DNA from: an uncultured virus (IMG/VR IMGVR_UViG_3300030106_006575)
Lineage: Duplodnaviria > Heunggongvirae > Uroviricota > Caudoviricetes
DNA length: 64,000 nucleotides
Reading direction: 5' to 3' (one strand)
Virus record (IMG/VR): IMGVR_UViG_3300030106_006575
Part shown: one piece after another, positions 37,205-49,000 of the stretch
Layout: the number at the start of each line of letters is the position of its first letter
How positions within the stretch are numbered: the first letter of the stretch is position 1
The notes under the pieces: model-generated
Databases searched by the model: none
The model's input: only the letters and a program-made list of their open reading frames with translations
What the model was told of the DNA's origin: nothing
Program-made: the position numbers and the translations under genes

Positions 37205-38043
37205 ACTTGGATAGAATAGAAGAATTTCTGGAAGACATAAAGCCCGAAGAGCAGTACAACAACTTTTTAAAAGATAAGCGCGTTGCCATTGTCGGACCAT
37301 CGAAACATATGCTGCTATCTCAGGATGGCAAAAATATTGATAGCTATGACGTTGTAGTGCGCCTAAAGTGGTTGCCCTTGAAAAATCATAATCCTTTTTT
37401 AAAATATATAGGCAGTAAGACTGATGTTATGTATAGCTCCGTACTGAACGATCAATCAGATTTTAAAATACTATCTGAGTGTGGGGTCAGACACTCACGG
37501 CACCCAGTCGGCAAAATTGGCATAAAACCATCACTTGATAAATTTAAAGACGTGCTCATCGGTGTATACTCATCCGAAGAGTACGCCTTCTTGTTAAAAG
37601 AGTATTCTATGGAAAATGGTTATGTCGCCGACAAAATAGCGAATATAAATTCTAAATCTCCTTATGCTATATGGCCTCAGCTTGGCTTTAACGCCATCAT
37701 GGAAGCGATAGCCTCTGATGCTAGCGAGGTGTATATCACTGGTTGCACAATGTATCATGGCGGAGGACATATGTTACAGAAGAATAAGCCCGTAAGCCAC
37801 AATAAAACAATTGTTGAAAAACACAATGGTGTGCTTGAAACACTAATTCTTATCGATGCTATAACACAGATAGAGACAAATAACAAAAGAATAGTTCTCG
37901 ACCCGGTACTAACTAAGATCCTCAACACCTACAGACACTTGGATTTGGGCAACACCAGTCCCACCGGCAGAAAGGAAATATTTACTTCGACAATGACTAA
38001 ACTATCAGACGAAGTTAACAACTTAATAAAGGATTTGAAATGA
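37201..38043 (+). CDS. GT29-like sialyltransferase
   Basis: KRVAIVGPS...[13 protein letters not shown]...IGSKTD resembles sialylmotif L; PQLG...YITG. Confidence 0.65.
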   Translation: MNLDRIEEFLEDIKPEEQYNNFLKDKRVAIVGPSKHMLLSQDGKNIDSYDVVVRLKWLPLKNHNPFLKYIGSKTDVMYSSVLNDQSDFKILSECGVRHSRHPVGKIGIKPSLDKFKDVLIGVYSSEEYAFLLKEYSMENGYVADKIANINSKSPYAIWPQLGFNAIMEAIASDASEVYITGCTMYHGGGHMLQKNKPVSHNKTIVEKHNGVLETLILIDAITQIETNNKRIVLDPVLTKILNTYRHLDLGNTSPTGRKEIFTSTMTKLSDEVNNLIKDLK

Positions 38044-38744
38044 ACACAATAGCAGTAATACTTGCCCGCGGCGGCTCCAAAGGGATACCAAGAAAGAATA
38101 TCAAAATGATGTTCGGCAAGCCTTTGATAGCTTGGACGATTGAAGCGGCATTAGAAAGTAAAATGTTTACCCATCTCGTCGTTAGCACAGATTCGGAAGA
38201 GATAGCTAAAGTCGCCAGAGAATACGGTGCTTCTGTGCCGTTTATGAGACCAGATGAATTGGCACAAGACCACGTATGGTCTAGAGATGCCTTAAAACAC
38301 GCTGTACTGGCTTCTGAGGAGCATTATGGGGTAACATATGATTATGTGGTTGAACTGCCCTGTGTGGCGCCTCTGAGGACTTCTGAGCATATTGTGGAGG
38401 CGGTCAAGAAACTAACCACAACGGGAGCCGACAGTGTGACTTCTTTGACCTCGGTACAAGATAAACACCCTGTAAGGATGAAAAGAATCGTTGAAGACCA
38501 GATCAGAGATTTTACCACTGAGTTTCCAGAGGGAGAGGGATCCCGAAGACAAGACTTGGAGCCGTGTTATATCAGGAACGGTGCTATCTTTGCAATGACG
38601 AGAGAGTGTATCATTGACTGGTTCTCAAGACACGGCAAAGATTGCCGTCCGTATTTGATGCCAGAGAACTGTTCGGTAAACATTGATACGTTTATGGATT
38701 TCAAAATGGCTGAGTTGTTGCTTGAGGAACGAAATGCGAGTTAA
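38040..38744 (+). CDS. neuA: acylneuraminate cytidylyltransferase (CMP-nonulosonate synthetase)
   Basis: [41 protein letters not shown]. Confidence 0.92.
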   Translation: MNTIAVILARGGSKGIPRKNIKMMFGKPLIAWTIEAALESKMFTHLVVSTDSEEIAKVAREYGASVPFMRPDELAQDHVWSRDALKHAVLASEEHYGVTYDYVVELPCVAPLRTSEHIVEAVKKLTTTGADSVTSLTSVQDKHPVRMKRIVEDQIRDFTTEFPEGEGSRRQDLEPCYIRNGAIFAMTRECIIDWFSRHGKDCRPYLMPENCSVNIDTFMDFKMAELLLEERNAS

Positions 38745-39642
38745 AATTGAATGTCCTATTAATTTTCTACAAATACAAGATTTGAATGTGATGTTGGAAT
38801 CTTTAGGATATACAACAGACAGTAAAGATCCATTTTGGACAGAATGTATTATCGTCAATCCAGGAACCGATATTTTCTTGGATGAGGATTACTTTTCCAA
38901 GTATCAGAATCTTAAGGTTGTTGGGACTCCATCAACGGGTGTGAACCATCTGGATATGGATTATCTCAATAGTAGGAATATCGATGTAAAATGTTTGTTA
39001 GATAATCGAGACGTCCTTGAGAATATCCACGCCTCCGCTGAGTTTACGTGGTTACACATTATGAATGCATTCAGGAGATTCATACCGGCTGTGAACAATG
39101 TACATAAATGGAGGGACGATGAAAACGAAAGATTCCTTCGCTCAAATGAACTGGCTGGTAAAACTATAGGCATTGTTGGGTTAGGGCGCATAGGAAGAAA
39201 GATAGCCAGATACGCAGAGGCTTTTGGTATGAATGTAGAATATTATGACCCTTATGTTACAAATTCTCAATATAAAAGAGTTTTTTCCTTGACAGGTCTG
39301 CAAAAAGCTGATATATTAAGTATAAGTTGTTATCTTACAGATGAAACTAAAGGATTGATAAGTAACGGCGTTTTGGACAACTTCAAAGAAGACTTGATTG
39401 TTGTCAATACTTCAAGGGGCGAGACAGTAGACGAGGATTACATCTACGACCTCGTAACGAAAGACAAAATCTTTTATTCTTGTGACGTTCTTTGTAACGA
39501 ACAAAGCATCGAAACACTTAAACAATCTAAGCTCTTCAATCTTAAAAGAGACAATATAGTAATCACGCCTCACGTTGCGGGGGCAACAGTAGAGAGCCAA
39601 ACAAAGGCTTTGAGAGGCATACTAGAGTTATGTATAAAATAA
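38734..39642 (+). CDS. D-isomer-specific 2-hydroxyacid dehydrogenase family
   Basis: [34 protein letters not shown]. Confidence 0.88.
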   Translation: MRVKIECPINFLQIQDLNVMLESLGYTTDSKDPFWTECIIVNPGTDIFLDEDYFSKYQNLKVVGTPSTGVNHLDMDYLNSRNIDVKCLLDNRDVLENIHASAEFTWLHIMNAFRRFIPAVNNVHKWRDDENERFLRSNELAGKTIGIVGLGRIGRKIARYAEAFGMNVEYYDPYVTNSQYKRVFSLTGLQKADILSISCYLTDETKGLISNGVLDNFKEDLIVVNTSRGETVDEDYIYDLVTKDKIFYSCDVLCNEQSIETLKQSKLFNLKRDNIVITPHVAGATVESQTKALRGILELCIK

Positions 39643-40304
39643 CAGTCGGAATTAGCTGTTACAAACAAAAGAGATGGTTACATCGTTGCCTTCGCAGTCT
39701 CGTCAATCAAACGATTGGCAAAGACAAATTCGAGATTGTATTGGTAAACGATGATCCAGAAGAGAGGCTGGAGGATGTGTGCAACATCTTTTCTGAGCAC
39801 CTTAATATTCGATTGATTAATAACGAAAAGAATATTGGACTGCCTTCCTCTTTAAATAAGATATTACAGAATAGCTTGGGGCAGTATTTCGTTCGTATCG
39901 ACTCGGACGACTACGTGTCCCGCCATTTTCTATATATGCTTTCAACTTTCTTAGATATGAACTCCGGTCCTCGTATTATGGGATCTGGTATGAATTGTCA
40001 AGCTGTGGCTTGCGATTACTTTAAGGTTGATAACACAGGCCAGTTAATGAGCCGCCATAGTGCGGAGAAAGAATTTGTTGCATGCGGCATTATGTTCACA
40101 TATGAGTCGCTGTGCGATATCGGCTTTTATGACGAAGGTTATAAGATGAGAGAGGGTCACGAAATGATTCGTAGATTTAAAGAAAAATATAAAGTGTACA
40201 ATCTGCCGCTGCCTCTCTACAAATACAGAATTCACGAATCTAACAGAACTAAAGATTCTGAGCAGGTTCAAAACTATGATAAGAAATTAAAAGGAGACAA
40301 ATAA
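39630..40304 (+). CDS. GT2 family glycosyltransferase
   Basis: VNDD, NIGLPSSLN, RIDSDD, LYKYRIH. Confidence 0.88.
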   Translation: MYKITVGISCYKQKRWLHRCLRSLVNQTIGKDKFEIVLVNDDPEERLEDVCNIFSEHLNIRLINNEKNIGLPSSLNKILQNSLGQYFVRIDSDDYVSRHFLYMLSTFLDMNSGPRIMGSGMNCQAVACDYFKVDNTGQLMSRHSAEKEFVACGIMFTYESLCDIGFYDEGYKMREGHEMIRRFKEKYKVYNLPLPLYKYRIHESNRTKDSEQVQNYDKKLKGDK

Positions 40305-41164
40305 TGGCTTTATGTTTAGTTACAGGACACCAAGGGTATATAGGGAACTCTTTGTATTGGAAACTCATATCGATGGATCATGATGTTGTTGGAGTTGATT
40401 ATAAAAAAGACGATAGCTGGGATATTTTGAACGGCTTGGAACGATTAGAACAATACGATTTTGATTATGTATTCCATCTTGCATGCATCCCTAGGGTCGC
40501 CTATAGCGTCGAACAACCGGTTCACACAATGATGAATAACATCATGTCAACGAGTATCGTTTTGGATTTTGCCAAAAGAAAGAATGTTAAGAGAGTGATT
40601 TACTCCGGATCTTCATCAGTAGTCGGGAACGGTGATGGACCAACCAGCCCGTATGCACTCCAGAAACTAACATCGGAATTGGAGACAAAGTTATACTCTG
40701 ATTTGTACGGGATCGATACCGTGACCCTGCGTTACTTCAACGTATACAGCCCAGATCAGGAGGCTGATAGCCCATATGCCACAGCAGTGGCAAACTGGAT
40801 GAGGTTTATCCGAGAGGGCAAAAACCCCTTCATTACGGGTGACGGAGAACAGCGCCGAGATATGGCTCACAAGTTTGATGTGGTTGCAGCTAATATTTTT
40901 GCTATGGAATATGAAGGCGAATTCGGCGGGCGAAGCTTTGATGTCGGTACAGGTGATAATATTTCTCTTAATGAGATGAAAGGAATCGTTAATGGACATT
41001 TTCCTGACGTGCAATTCGATTATGTTGATGAACGCAAGGGCGATGTTTTGCTCACCAAAGCCGACATCTCTCCTTTAAAAGAACTGGGATGGGCACCCAG
41101 ATTTAGTATTGAAGACGGCATATCAAAATGTTTTAGATCTTTGAAGGAAAAGATGAATGATTAA
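40304..41164 (+). CDS. NAD-dependent epimerase/dehydratase
   Basis: VTGHQGYIG, FHLA, SSS, PYALQK, LRYFNVY, GDGEQRRD. Confidence 0.9.
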   Translation: MALCLVTGHQGYIGNSLYWKLISMDHDVVGVDYKKDDSWDILNGLERLEQYDFDYVFHLACIPRVAYSVEQPVHTMMNNIMSTSIVLDFAKRKNVKRVIYSGSSSVVGNGDGPTSPYALQKLTSELETKLYSDLYGIDTVTLRYFNVYSPDQEADSPYATAVANWMRFIREGKNPFITGDGEQRRDMAHKFDVVAANIFAMEYEGEFGGRSFDVGTGDNISLNEMKGIVNGHFPDVQFDYVDERKGDVLLTKADISPLKELGWAPRFSIEDGISKCFRSLKEKMND

Positions 41165-42020
41165 TATTGGAATCATCGGCTTCGGCTTTGTGGGCTCTTC
41201 AGTGGCTTACGGCTTTTCGCCGCAGACAGGCTTTGACCAAGCAAAACTTAGAATCTTTGATAAGAATCCCGCCAAGTCCACTCATTCTCTGAATGAAGTA
41301 CTGCAAGAATCAGACTTCATATTCCTATCGGTACCCACGCCATCTAACGTCGACGGCTCTATTAATCTTTCAATCCTTGAGGGCGCCCTGGAACAGATCA
41401 ACGCCCAAGGAACAAAAGAGGGTTGTGTGGTTTTAGTGCGGTCAACCGTGATCCCGGGAACAACGAGATCGTTCCAAGAAAAATACAGCAACATTACTCT
41501 CGTATTCAATCCAGAGTTCTTAACCGAGAGATCGGCGAAGTTTGATTTTATCAATCAGGCTAGGTTTATTCTTGGCGGCGAACCAGAGGATACAAAGAAG
41601 GTAGCTGGGCTTTTCAGCACCAGATTCGGAAGCTCGACACCAACTATTCAGACAAACTTTGAGACAGCAGAGTTTATCAAATATATGAATAACTGTTATT
41701 TTGCTACTAAAGTTTCGTTTATGAATGAAATGAAGCTGATAGCAGATCAAAGCGGGGTTGATTGGGCCACCGCCGTCGATGGGTTCGTCCGTGACGGTCG
41801 CGTAGGACATTCGCATCTCGCCGTCCCAGGACCCGATGGGAAATGTGGATTTGGTGGAAGCTGTTTTCCAAAAGATATACAAGCCTTGATGAGCCACGCC
41901 AGGTCGATTGGGGTGGAACCAAGCGTACTTGACGGCGCCTGGAAAACAAATTTGAACGTCAGACCAGAGAGAGACTGGGAAAAACTGCTCGGAAGAGCAA
42001 TCATTAAAGAGGAGAAATAA
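41157..42020 (+). CDS. ugd: UDP-glucose/GDP-mannose dehydrogenase family (lacks the C-terminal domain)
   Basis: GFGFVG, SVPTP, RSTV, NPEFL, KYMNN, GFGGSCFPKD. Confidence 0.88.
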   Translation: MINIGIIGFGFVGSSVAYGFSPQTGFDQAKLRIFDKNPAKSTHSLNEVLQESDFIFLSVPTPSNVDGSINLSILEGALEQINAQGTKEGCVVLVRSTVIPGTTRSFQEKYSNITLVFNPEFLTERSAKFDFINQARFILGGEPEDTKKVAGLFSTRFGSSTPTIQTNFETAEFIKYMNNCYFATKVSFMNEMKLIADQSGVDWATAVDGFVRDGRVGHSHLAVPGPDGKCGFGGSCFPKDIQALMSHARSIGVEPSVLDGAWKTNLNVRPERDWEKLLGRAIIKEEK

Positions 42021-42022
42021 AA

Positions 42023-42217
42023 ATGAGTGAAGTACAAAAATACGGATTGTCGGATCAAGCCCTTGGGGCATTGATGATGGCATTGCAAAAATCCCTTATG
42101 GAACAATCAGACATTGTGCCAGTTCTTAAGGGATTCCAATTCATAAACGCAGAAGAAGGACTAGAAATCCTGAATCCGCCAATTGTAAGAATTCCAAATA
42201 ATCAAGAAGATGAATAA
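42023..42217 (+). CDS. hypothetical protein
   Basis: GAGGAG RBS; 64 aa. Confidence 0.75.
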   Translation: MSEVQKYGLSDQALGALMMALQKSLMEQSDIVPVLKGFQFINAEEGLEILNPPIVRIPNNQEDE

Positions 42218-42220
42218 TAG

Positions 42221-42481
42221 ATGCCTAATTATGTATATAAATGTACATCATGCGAGCAGATGGTAGACATCTTCCACTCTTTTTCAGAAAGTCCAACGGG
42301 TTGTGAGTTATGCGGCGCGGAGAATTCCCTGAAACGGGATTATTCTACGCCGTTTAATTTTGGCGGATCAACAAAATCAGCTAAAACAGTACCCGGACAG
42401 ATCGTTAACGAGTTTATAGAACAAACCAGAGAAGAAGTGAAAAAAGAAAAGTTAAATAGAGAGTTTTTAGATGACAAATAG
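42221..42481 (+). CDS. FmdB-like zinc-ribbon protein
   Basis: MPNYVYKCTSC...CELCG. Confidence 0.85.
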   Translation: MPNYVYKCTSCEQMVDIFHSFSESPTGCELCGAENSLKRDYSTPFNFGGSTKSAKTVPGQIVNEFIEQTREEVKKEKLNREFLDDK

Positions 42482-42881
42482 CTTTATAATATTTTTAAGT
42501 TCTGCACTGATTATATCGGTGGCTCTTAATATATTTATAGCGTGGTATGCAATAAGAGCTACAAGGACCATAGTTTATTTTTCTGAAAATTTAAATGATC
42601 TATTGGATCTTGTGGAGAATTTTGCTATTCACACTAAATCAGTGTATGAATTAGAAACTTTTTATGGTGATCAAACCCTCCACGGTTTGATGAAGCACGC
42701 TCAAGATATGGTGGAACAACTAGAAAAGTTCGATGAAATTATATACTTGACAGAAGACAACGAAGAGGGGGATTCATATGACCAGGAAGAACAAATTGAA
42801 CCAGACACAAACAGTAGCGACTACACAGAAGCCTATCAAGAAGAGAAGAGTAACCCGACGCAGATCAGGTTCCAACTCTAG
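42471..42881 (+). CDS. membrane-anchored hypothetical protein
   Basis: N-terminal TM; YELETFYGDQTL block; acidic tail. Confidence 0.7.
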   Translation: MTNSFIIFLSSALIISVALNIFIAWYAIRATRTIVYFSENLNDLLDLVENFAIHTKSVYELETFYGDQTLHGLMKHAQDMVEQLEKFDEIIYLTEDNEEGDSYDQEEQIEPDTNSSDYTEAYQEEKSNPTQIRFQL

Positions 42882-43542
42882 ACAATACTTTACACACGTC
42901 CACGAAGAAGCAATATTAAAATATGTAGCTACCGATGATATCCGCGAAAGAACTGAACTGTATAGATTATACATTGGACCCGCCTTTGACGAGATGGTAG
43001 ACAAAATAGTCTTTACTTACAAATTCACCACATTGCCCAATATCGATTCATTACGTGACGAATGTAAGATATGGCTGATAACTATATTGGATAAATTCAA
43101 CGCCGATAAGGGATCCAAAGCCTTTTCGTATTTTAGTGTTATAACCAAAAATTGGTTTATTCACAAAGTTAAGAAAAAAGCTAAGCAACGCCGTCAAGAG
43201 ATGGACATTTTCGAACTGCCTAAAGAGTTAGAATTAAAGCATATATCAACGACAAATCCATATTACAAAGACCGTGCCGCAAAAGAATTTTGGTATTTTC
43301 TAGAACAAGAAGTCGATTCTTGGGAACACGACAAAATGAAGGAGAACGAGAGAAAGGTCTTAGAAGCGGTCAAAATTTTAATGGAAAGCTGCGAAGACAT
43401 AGAAATTTTCAATAAAAAAGCTATTTATTTATACTTGAGAGAGATAACCGGACTCAATACAAAACAGGTTGTTAACAATCTGAATAAAATGAGGACTAGG
43501 TATCGCACTTTCAAGATTAAATGGAACTCCGGCGATATATGA
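42778..43542 (+). CDS. putative phage sigma factor (gp55-like)
   Basis: LDKFNADKGSKAFSYFSVITKNWF resembles sigma region 2; C-terminal HTH LREITGLNTKQV. Confidence 0.65.
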   Translation: MTRKNKLNQTQTVATTQKPIKKRRVTRRRSGSNSRQYFTHVHEEAILKYVATDDIRERTELYRLYIGPAFDEMVDKIVFTYKFTTLPNIDSLRDECKIWLITILDKFNADKGSKAFSYFSVITKNWFIHKVKKKAKQRRQEMDIFELPKELELKHISTTNPYYKDRAAKEFWYFLEQEVDSWEHDKMKENERKVLEAVKILMESCEDIEIFNKKAIYLYLREITGLNTKQVVNNLNKMRTRYRTFKIKWNSGDI

Positions 43543-43847
43543 AAAAACTAGACCACTACCTTGAAGAAGCTATAACAAATATAAAGAACGACCGCGAAAT
43601 TACTAGAGATCTTCTAGATGACGTGGTTCGTTTTCTTAGCAAAGACGAAGAGCATCATCGACAAGTAGGAATGGTCGCGGCAAAGTATGTGGAAACACTT
43701 CAGAGATCGAACGAGCAACTGGTAAAGATTTCCACCCTAATACACAAGCAGCAGTCTGGAGAAACTGGCTTATCCGATACGGACAAGGCGGAAATCTTTG
43801 ATCTACTTCAGAATCCGACAGCAGAGGAGGATTTATCAGATGGCTAA
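43539..43847 (+). CDS. hypothetical coiled-coil protein
   Basis: ATGA overlap with the sigma-like gene. Confidence 0.75.
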   Translation: MKKLDHYLEEAITNIKNDREITRDLLDDVVRFLSKDEEHHRQVGMVAAKYVETLQRSNEQLVKISTLIHKQQSGETGLSDTDKAEIFDLLQNPTAEEDLSDG

Positions 43848-45102
43848 CGATGACAAGCCTATGGATCTGAACAAGATACCTCTTGGCAAGCTTAATAAGC
43901 TCGGCTTCGAGCCAGACGACCTGACCCTTTCTGATAATTATAATAGCCAGACTTTATATAAAATGGCGATAAATAAAGCGTTCAGTCGAACGTCCGTTTT
44001 TAATCGTAAGCAACATAGAGCGATTGTGCTGTATTCGTCATCTGATGATGTCAGTGCACCAGGCCCCGGGAGTTGGCCGATTATTGGAAGCTTTTTTGGA
44101 GGCGACGATCCGGGCCAACGAAGATATAGTTGTATTTGCAGAGTACCAGAAATAGATGCATCCATCCCTGCACCAAATCTCAATGTGATTAACGCTGCTT
44201 TGAAGGACCTGCCGCCCGACGCGAGCGCCGCGGCAACGGCAGCTGCCCTTGGACAAATGCTTTCTGATAATGATAAGCTGATCTTATCTATGCATCGTAG
44301 ATATTATACTGGTATGGTTGGGATTGCCGATAAGCCAAATGTTGGTGATATAGTTATAGTCGATAACGAGGGCATGGTGCTCAGTATAGAATCGAAGGGC
44401 AGAATAGGTCCTGTTCCAAGTGGTACCGGTGAGGTCTCTTCGGTGGACGCTTTTTATGGTAGCGAAGCAGAGGGGCAATCGCTGGAAAGTATAGTTGGGA
44501 TCCCAGACGATGTGCAGATAGATGCAGACCTTTATGACGCAAATGCAGCTATTTATGATCCCAATATTGATGGTTTAATATCTCACGGCGCTGCAATGAA
44601 TCAGTCGAGCCCTATATGGGCTGTGTTTACAAAAGCTTTTTGTTACCGGCTCTATCAGAGAAACGGTATACAAGTTGGTTTCACTAGCGTATTTCGATCC
44701 CCCGCCAAACAACAACAACTTATGGATAGCTGGAGAGCCAAGTGCAGGGAACGAGGTTACAATTCAGATGCTGAATGCAATAAGAATGTCCCAGGCCGTC
44801 CAGCCGAAGCCAGCCTTCATCAAACTGGCTGGGCTTTTGATTGTAATCTATACCAAAACGGTGAACGTGTCGCGTGGATGTCAGGTATGCCAAATCGCAC
44901 TCAAGGCTGGAAAAATACAGGCGCCGTGGAGATAGCCAAAGCTATGGACTTTAGATGGGGTGGGGATTTTACAAATCCTGATCACGTTCACTTTTCTGGC
45001 AAGTTCATACTACAGGAATCCGCTAGATCAATACTGGATAATGCACGAGCCCAGAACGTATCTCCTAATCGGTATACGCCACGGCCTTTTAACCTCACAT
45101 AA
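43840..45102 (+). CDS. baseplate-associated protein with C-terminal M15-family peptidoglycan peptidase
   Basis: FRSPAKQ, SLHQTGWAFD, WGGDFTNPDHVHF; first gene of the tail block. Confidence 0.75.
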   Translation: MANDDKPMDLNKIPLGKLNKLGFEPDDLTLSDNYNSQTLYKMAINKAFSRTSVFNRKQHRAIVLYSSSDDVSAPGPGSWPIIGSFFGGDDPGQRRYSCICRVPEIDASIPAPNLNVINAALKDLPPDASAAATAAALGQMLSDNDKLILSMHRRYYTGMVGIADKPNVGDIVIVDNEGMVLSIESKGRIGPVPSGTGEVSSVDAFYGSEAEGQSLESIVGIPDDVQIDADLYDANAAIYDPNIDGLISHGAAMNQSSPIWAVFTKAFCYRLYQRNGIQVGFTSVFRSPAKQQQLMDSWRAKCRERGYNSDAECNKNVPGRPAEASLHQTGWAFDCNLYQNGERVAWMSGMPNRTQGWKNTGAVEIAKAMDFRWGGDFTNPDHVHFSGKFILQESARSILDNARAQNVSPNRYTPRPFNLT

Positions 45103-45120
45103 TGTTGGTATGGGTATAAT

Positions 45121-46077
45121 ATGAGTATATTAGATAAATTATTTGGCAAAGTAAAAGCACCGCTACAAGATACCAGCAAAAATTCTCTTTCTGTTCAGCG
45201 AGCAACACAAGCTTCACCCGATCAGGCCGCTGGTTTAGTTTATGGCGGACTGAACAACGATCCAATCACTGAACCAATACCTCAGTATACAACTGCTCAA
45301 TGCGAAAAGATCATATCCAACAATACAAACGCATGGATTGTGCTCGGTCGCGACCGTCCCAACAACCTAGCCAGCGGATATGGCGGTATGGGCTCCACAG
45401 GAGCCGGTTCCATTGATTTGGTGGTCGGTAGAAGACCTTTGGATCCAAAGATATATGTGGACCCCAACTTTAGGTCGGACGCCGCCAGAATCCATATAAG
45501 CCAAAGAACGGATGTAGACAAGAACTTTAATCTAGTAGCGGGCAGCGTCGGTGCTGCCGAAGCTAGATCAGCTATCGGAATGAAAGCCGACGAGGTTAGA
45601 ATTGTTGCACGAAGTGGAATCAAACTCGTTACAGAGGGAAGAGGTGCAACAAACTCGCAGGGCGGAGATATAAAGACCACTCACGGTATTGATCTTATTG
45701 CTGGCAACTATGATGGAAGAGCAGATGGTCGGAAACAACTTCAACCAATACCGAGAGGATTGGAGGTTGTCGATTGTTTAACGGAAATGATGGGATTGAT
45801 TGATGAACTTGCAGCTATGGTTGCAACCAACTCCAATTCTTTGGTTAAAACAAATATTAACTTGGCTCAGCATTTTCATATTAGTCCTTTTATGGGCGCC
45901 CCAACGACACCATCGCCAACAGCAGCGGTTCTGGCGACAAGTCAGAATACACAATTGTTCGCTAAATGTGTAGGACCGATGTATACTCATCGAATTAACA
46001 CACAGACTTTTCGAGTCAACTACTTAAATCCAGCGGGCTCAAATTGGATTTGCAGCAGATATAATAATACAAACTAA
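45121..46077 (+). CDS. putative baseplate spike protein
   Basis: Beta-rich repeats (IGMKADEVRIVARSGIKLVT); HFH (HxH) tip-like motif near the C-terminus; baseplate context. Confidence 0.55.
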   Translation: MSILDKLFGKVKAPLQDTSKNSLSVQRATQASPDQAAGLVYGGLNNDPITEPIPQYTTAQCEKIISNNTNAWIVLGRDRPNNLASGYGGMGSTGAGSIDLVVGRRPLDPKIYVDPNFRSDAARIHISQRTDVDKNFNLVAGSVGAAEARSAIGMKADEVRIVARSGIKLVTEGRGATNSQGGDIKTTHGIDLIAGNYDGRADGRKQLQPIPRGLEVVDCLTEMMGLIDELAAMVATNSNSLVKTNINLAQHFHISPFMGAPTTPSPTAAVLATSQNTQLFAKCVGPMYTHRINTQTFRVNYLNPAGSNWICSRYNNTN

Positions 46078-46095
46078 TTAAAAAAGAGGCACAAT

Positions 46096-49000
46096 ATGGC
46101 AGCGGGCAGTCAAATTAATACTCCATCAGCATCGCAGATGGTAACTACGTCGCAGAACAACTTAGATGACCAAGGCAGATCTCTGCTCGTGCTCTTGCAA
46201 AAGAGATGCAAACGTTTAGGTAACATAATCATAGGCTATGGTCCCGGTGTTGAGTATGATGGCTCTATAGCCAGCCTAAGCGGCGGCAATTATTCATTGA
46301 CCGCAGTAGGCAATCTGGGATCGACATACGTCGATCCTAATGGAACAACTGCCAATGACATCCATGGAGCCACCGGTCCGGTGAACTGGGAGGGACTATA
46401 TGGACAAGGCGGATCGCAGCATGGCTACATTCAAGACCACGCCAGTCAACTAGAAAATCTAGATTTAGTATTCTTATACAACGCCACAAAAAGCATCGAT
46501 CCATACAATACTCCACAAAAATTTGCAAATTGGCCCTCCGCGTTGGTGATGCAGCCCGGGTTTGAACCATATCTTCCAGCACCCTTTAATAACCCCGAAA
46601 CTTACCCCGGGCTAGTTTACCCCCGCGACCGTGCACAATATGCCATCGATGATATACTAGAATTTATCCGAGACATAACAGGAATGGATGATACAGCCTT
46701 ATCAGGTGGTTATACCGATCCTACCGGCGATACTGAAATGGATGATCCAGGCGGAGACCAAGCAGCGGAGCCGGAAACCCATCCGGAAGATACCCCCAAA
46801 GGAGATGAAAGCGCTGCTGGCGGCGACGATTCCGACTGGACTCAAGGCTTGGGAGGATCTAATCCCGATGAAACAAATTCCGGCACTAACCCTGCCAGCA
46901 ATCAAAGCGAAGATGGTGGGCTCGACGATGGCGAGGGCAGTAGTCAAGACACCGGTGGAGACGAGGGCTTTGAAGAGGATCCTGGTGCTCCCCCCGAAGG
47001 TGCCGGAGAAGACGATGCTACAGGTGGCGCCGGCGCAGCCCAAGGTGGCACAGGCACAGGCACAGCTCCGCCTCCGCCGGCTCCAGTGCCACCTTGGACC
47101 GGAGGTGGTTCCGGCACAGGCACAGGCACTGGCACTGGTTCTTCCGGATCAGACTCAAGCTTTGGCTTATCAGAGGAAGATTTTCAGGCTTTTTTGGACG
47201 CCGGATTGGTGGTTGGTCCCTGTGAGGATCCACCATCTCCACCCTTAGCGGCACCCGGTTGTCCCCCTTGTATACCAAACCCAGAAGCTGTGGTTCCAAA
47301 CTGGAAGCAACTTCAATTTGGAGAAGTGTATAAAAATGAAAGAACGTGTCATTACTGTGTATCAGTAAACACGGGAGTCGAAGATGCCTCAGTCCTTAAC
47401 GATCCGGCGACAAGAGAAGCATTCTTTGCCGAACAGATTCCATTTGGGGTTGAATACATATTACAGAACTTTGGAAAGTGGCCACTTGATGAATCCTCGC
47501 TGGGTACTGTGATAGGTGTAGCACTTGTAAAGGAATATGACGTACCATTACGTCGTTACGCGACAATACGAGTTTTGGTGTGTCTCCCGGTTTACATAGT
47601 GGAAGCCATCACAATGAACGCATCGCCAGAAGATGCGACTCCTAATCCGGTTTTTGCATATCCAAACGCTTGTGTATTAAACGCCCAAAGTATCCGCCCT
47701 ATGATAGATGTTGTCCGTGACGGCTTCAGGTACTATGGAAAAAAATATGCACTGTGGGCATACGAGACTAATAATACAATACCAGGCTTCGATCCTATGC
47801 AGGAACGTAAGAACCTAAACAAGTTTATTCCAGCACTAGCAAGGCTGATGAGGCGCAACGGATTCAAGCTAAACGGAGATTTCGCAGCAGAACAGGTCGA
47901 GTTGAGATTTAATCAGAACTACGAAGTTGTTTATGCACAGGCAAATGAACCGACTTGTGAACCAGTCGAACTGAAATGGGAAAAGAACGGCGATATCTTA
48001 GGTGGGTTTAAAGAGCTATCGCCGATTAATAATCCTCGGACAATGGCTTATATAGCTTCGTTACCAGATATGTACGAAGCCCTTGGTGCTAGGACGCCAA
48101 ATGCCTGGGACGAGTTTTTTGTCAAGTTTACATATCCCTCGATTAATGTAGATAATGTGGTCGACCCACTTGGTGCTCCCGTCTTGGCTGATGGACCCTT
48201 GCAAAAAGCAGCCCAAGCAATCGTAGAAGAGCTTGTGAGTCTTCCAGACTCTATAACAGCAAGATTCTATGAAGATGTATGCAGGGACCTCGCCGGACAG
48301 TCAGCATACAACAGGAGGGTCAGAACCGATGGGCAAACTGGATTGCTTGACATCCGCGCAACGTTTGCAGATTTCGCGGAGGAAGTTAAAGGGGAAAGGG
48401 CTTATAGCAATGCTAGAAATGTAATCGTTGGTGATCAAGTCATTGGAAATATGAAGGAGTTGATCGACAACATACCTCGTGGCGGAGATTCATTAAATGA
48501 ATTGTTCGATAATATTCTCAACCCATTGAGTAAGTGTGGATGGCTGGAATTGATTGACCAATCAGCCAGGTGCCTTTCGCTGGGCATTCCTCTTTCAGAT
48601 ATGCTCAGAACCCAGGTTAAGGTTGTTCTTAAGAGTTTAGATATAACTCATTTAGAAAAAGTGTTTGTAGGGTTACCGCCAGAGAAGCAGTTAGAAATAA
48701 GAAATGTAATAAACGAGCAATTTGGCAATATGCCTTTTCCGTGGGAGCAGGGATATCGACCTGGTGGTTCGAGCTATAGTTACAGTATCGAGCTTGATGA
48801 AGACGGAAATCCAGTGCCAGAAGACCACATAGGTGCTGATGGCGGCTTAGTTTATGCAGCTGATGACGAGAGGACAATACAAGAAAGAACAGCACAACAC
48901 CGAAGGGAAGCGATTGCGCGCCGAGGATCGGTTGGCACCGGTGGAACAATCGGCGCCGCCCTTGACGCGTCGTATGACGCAATAGTCGAAGCATATATCG

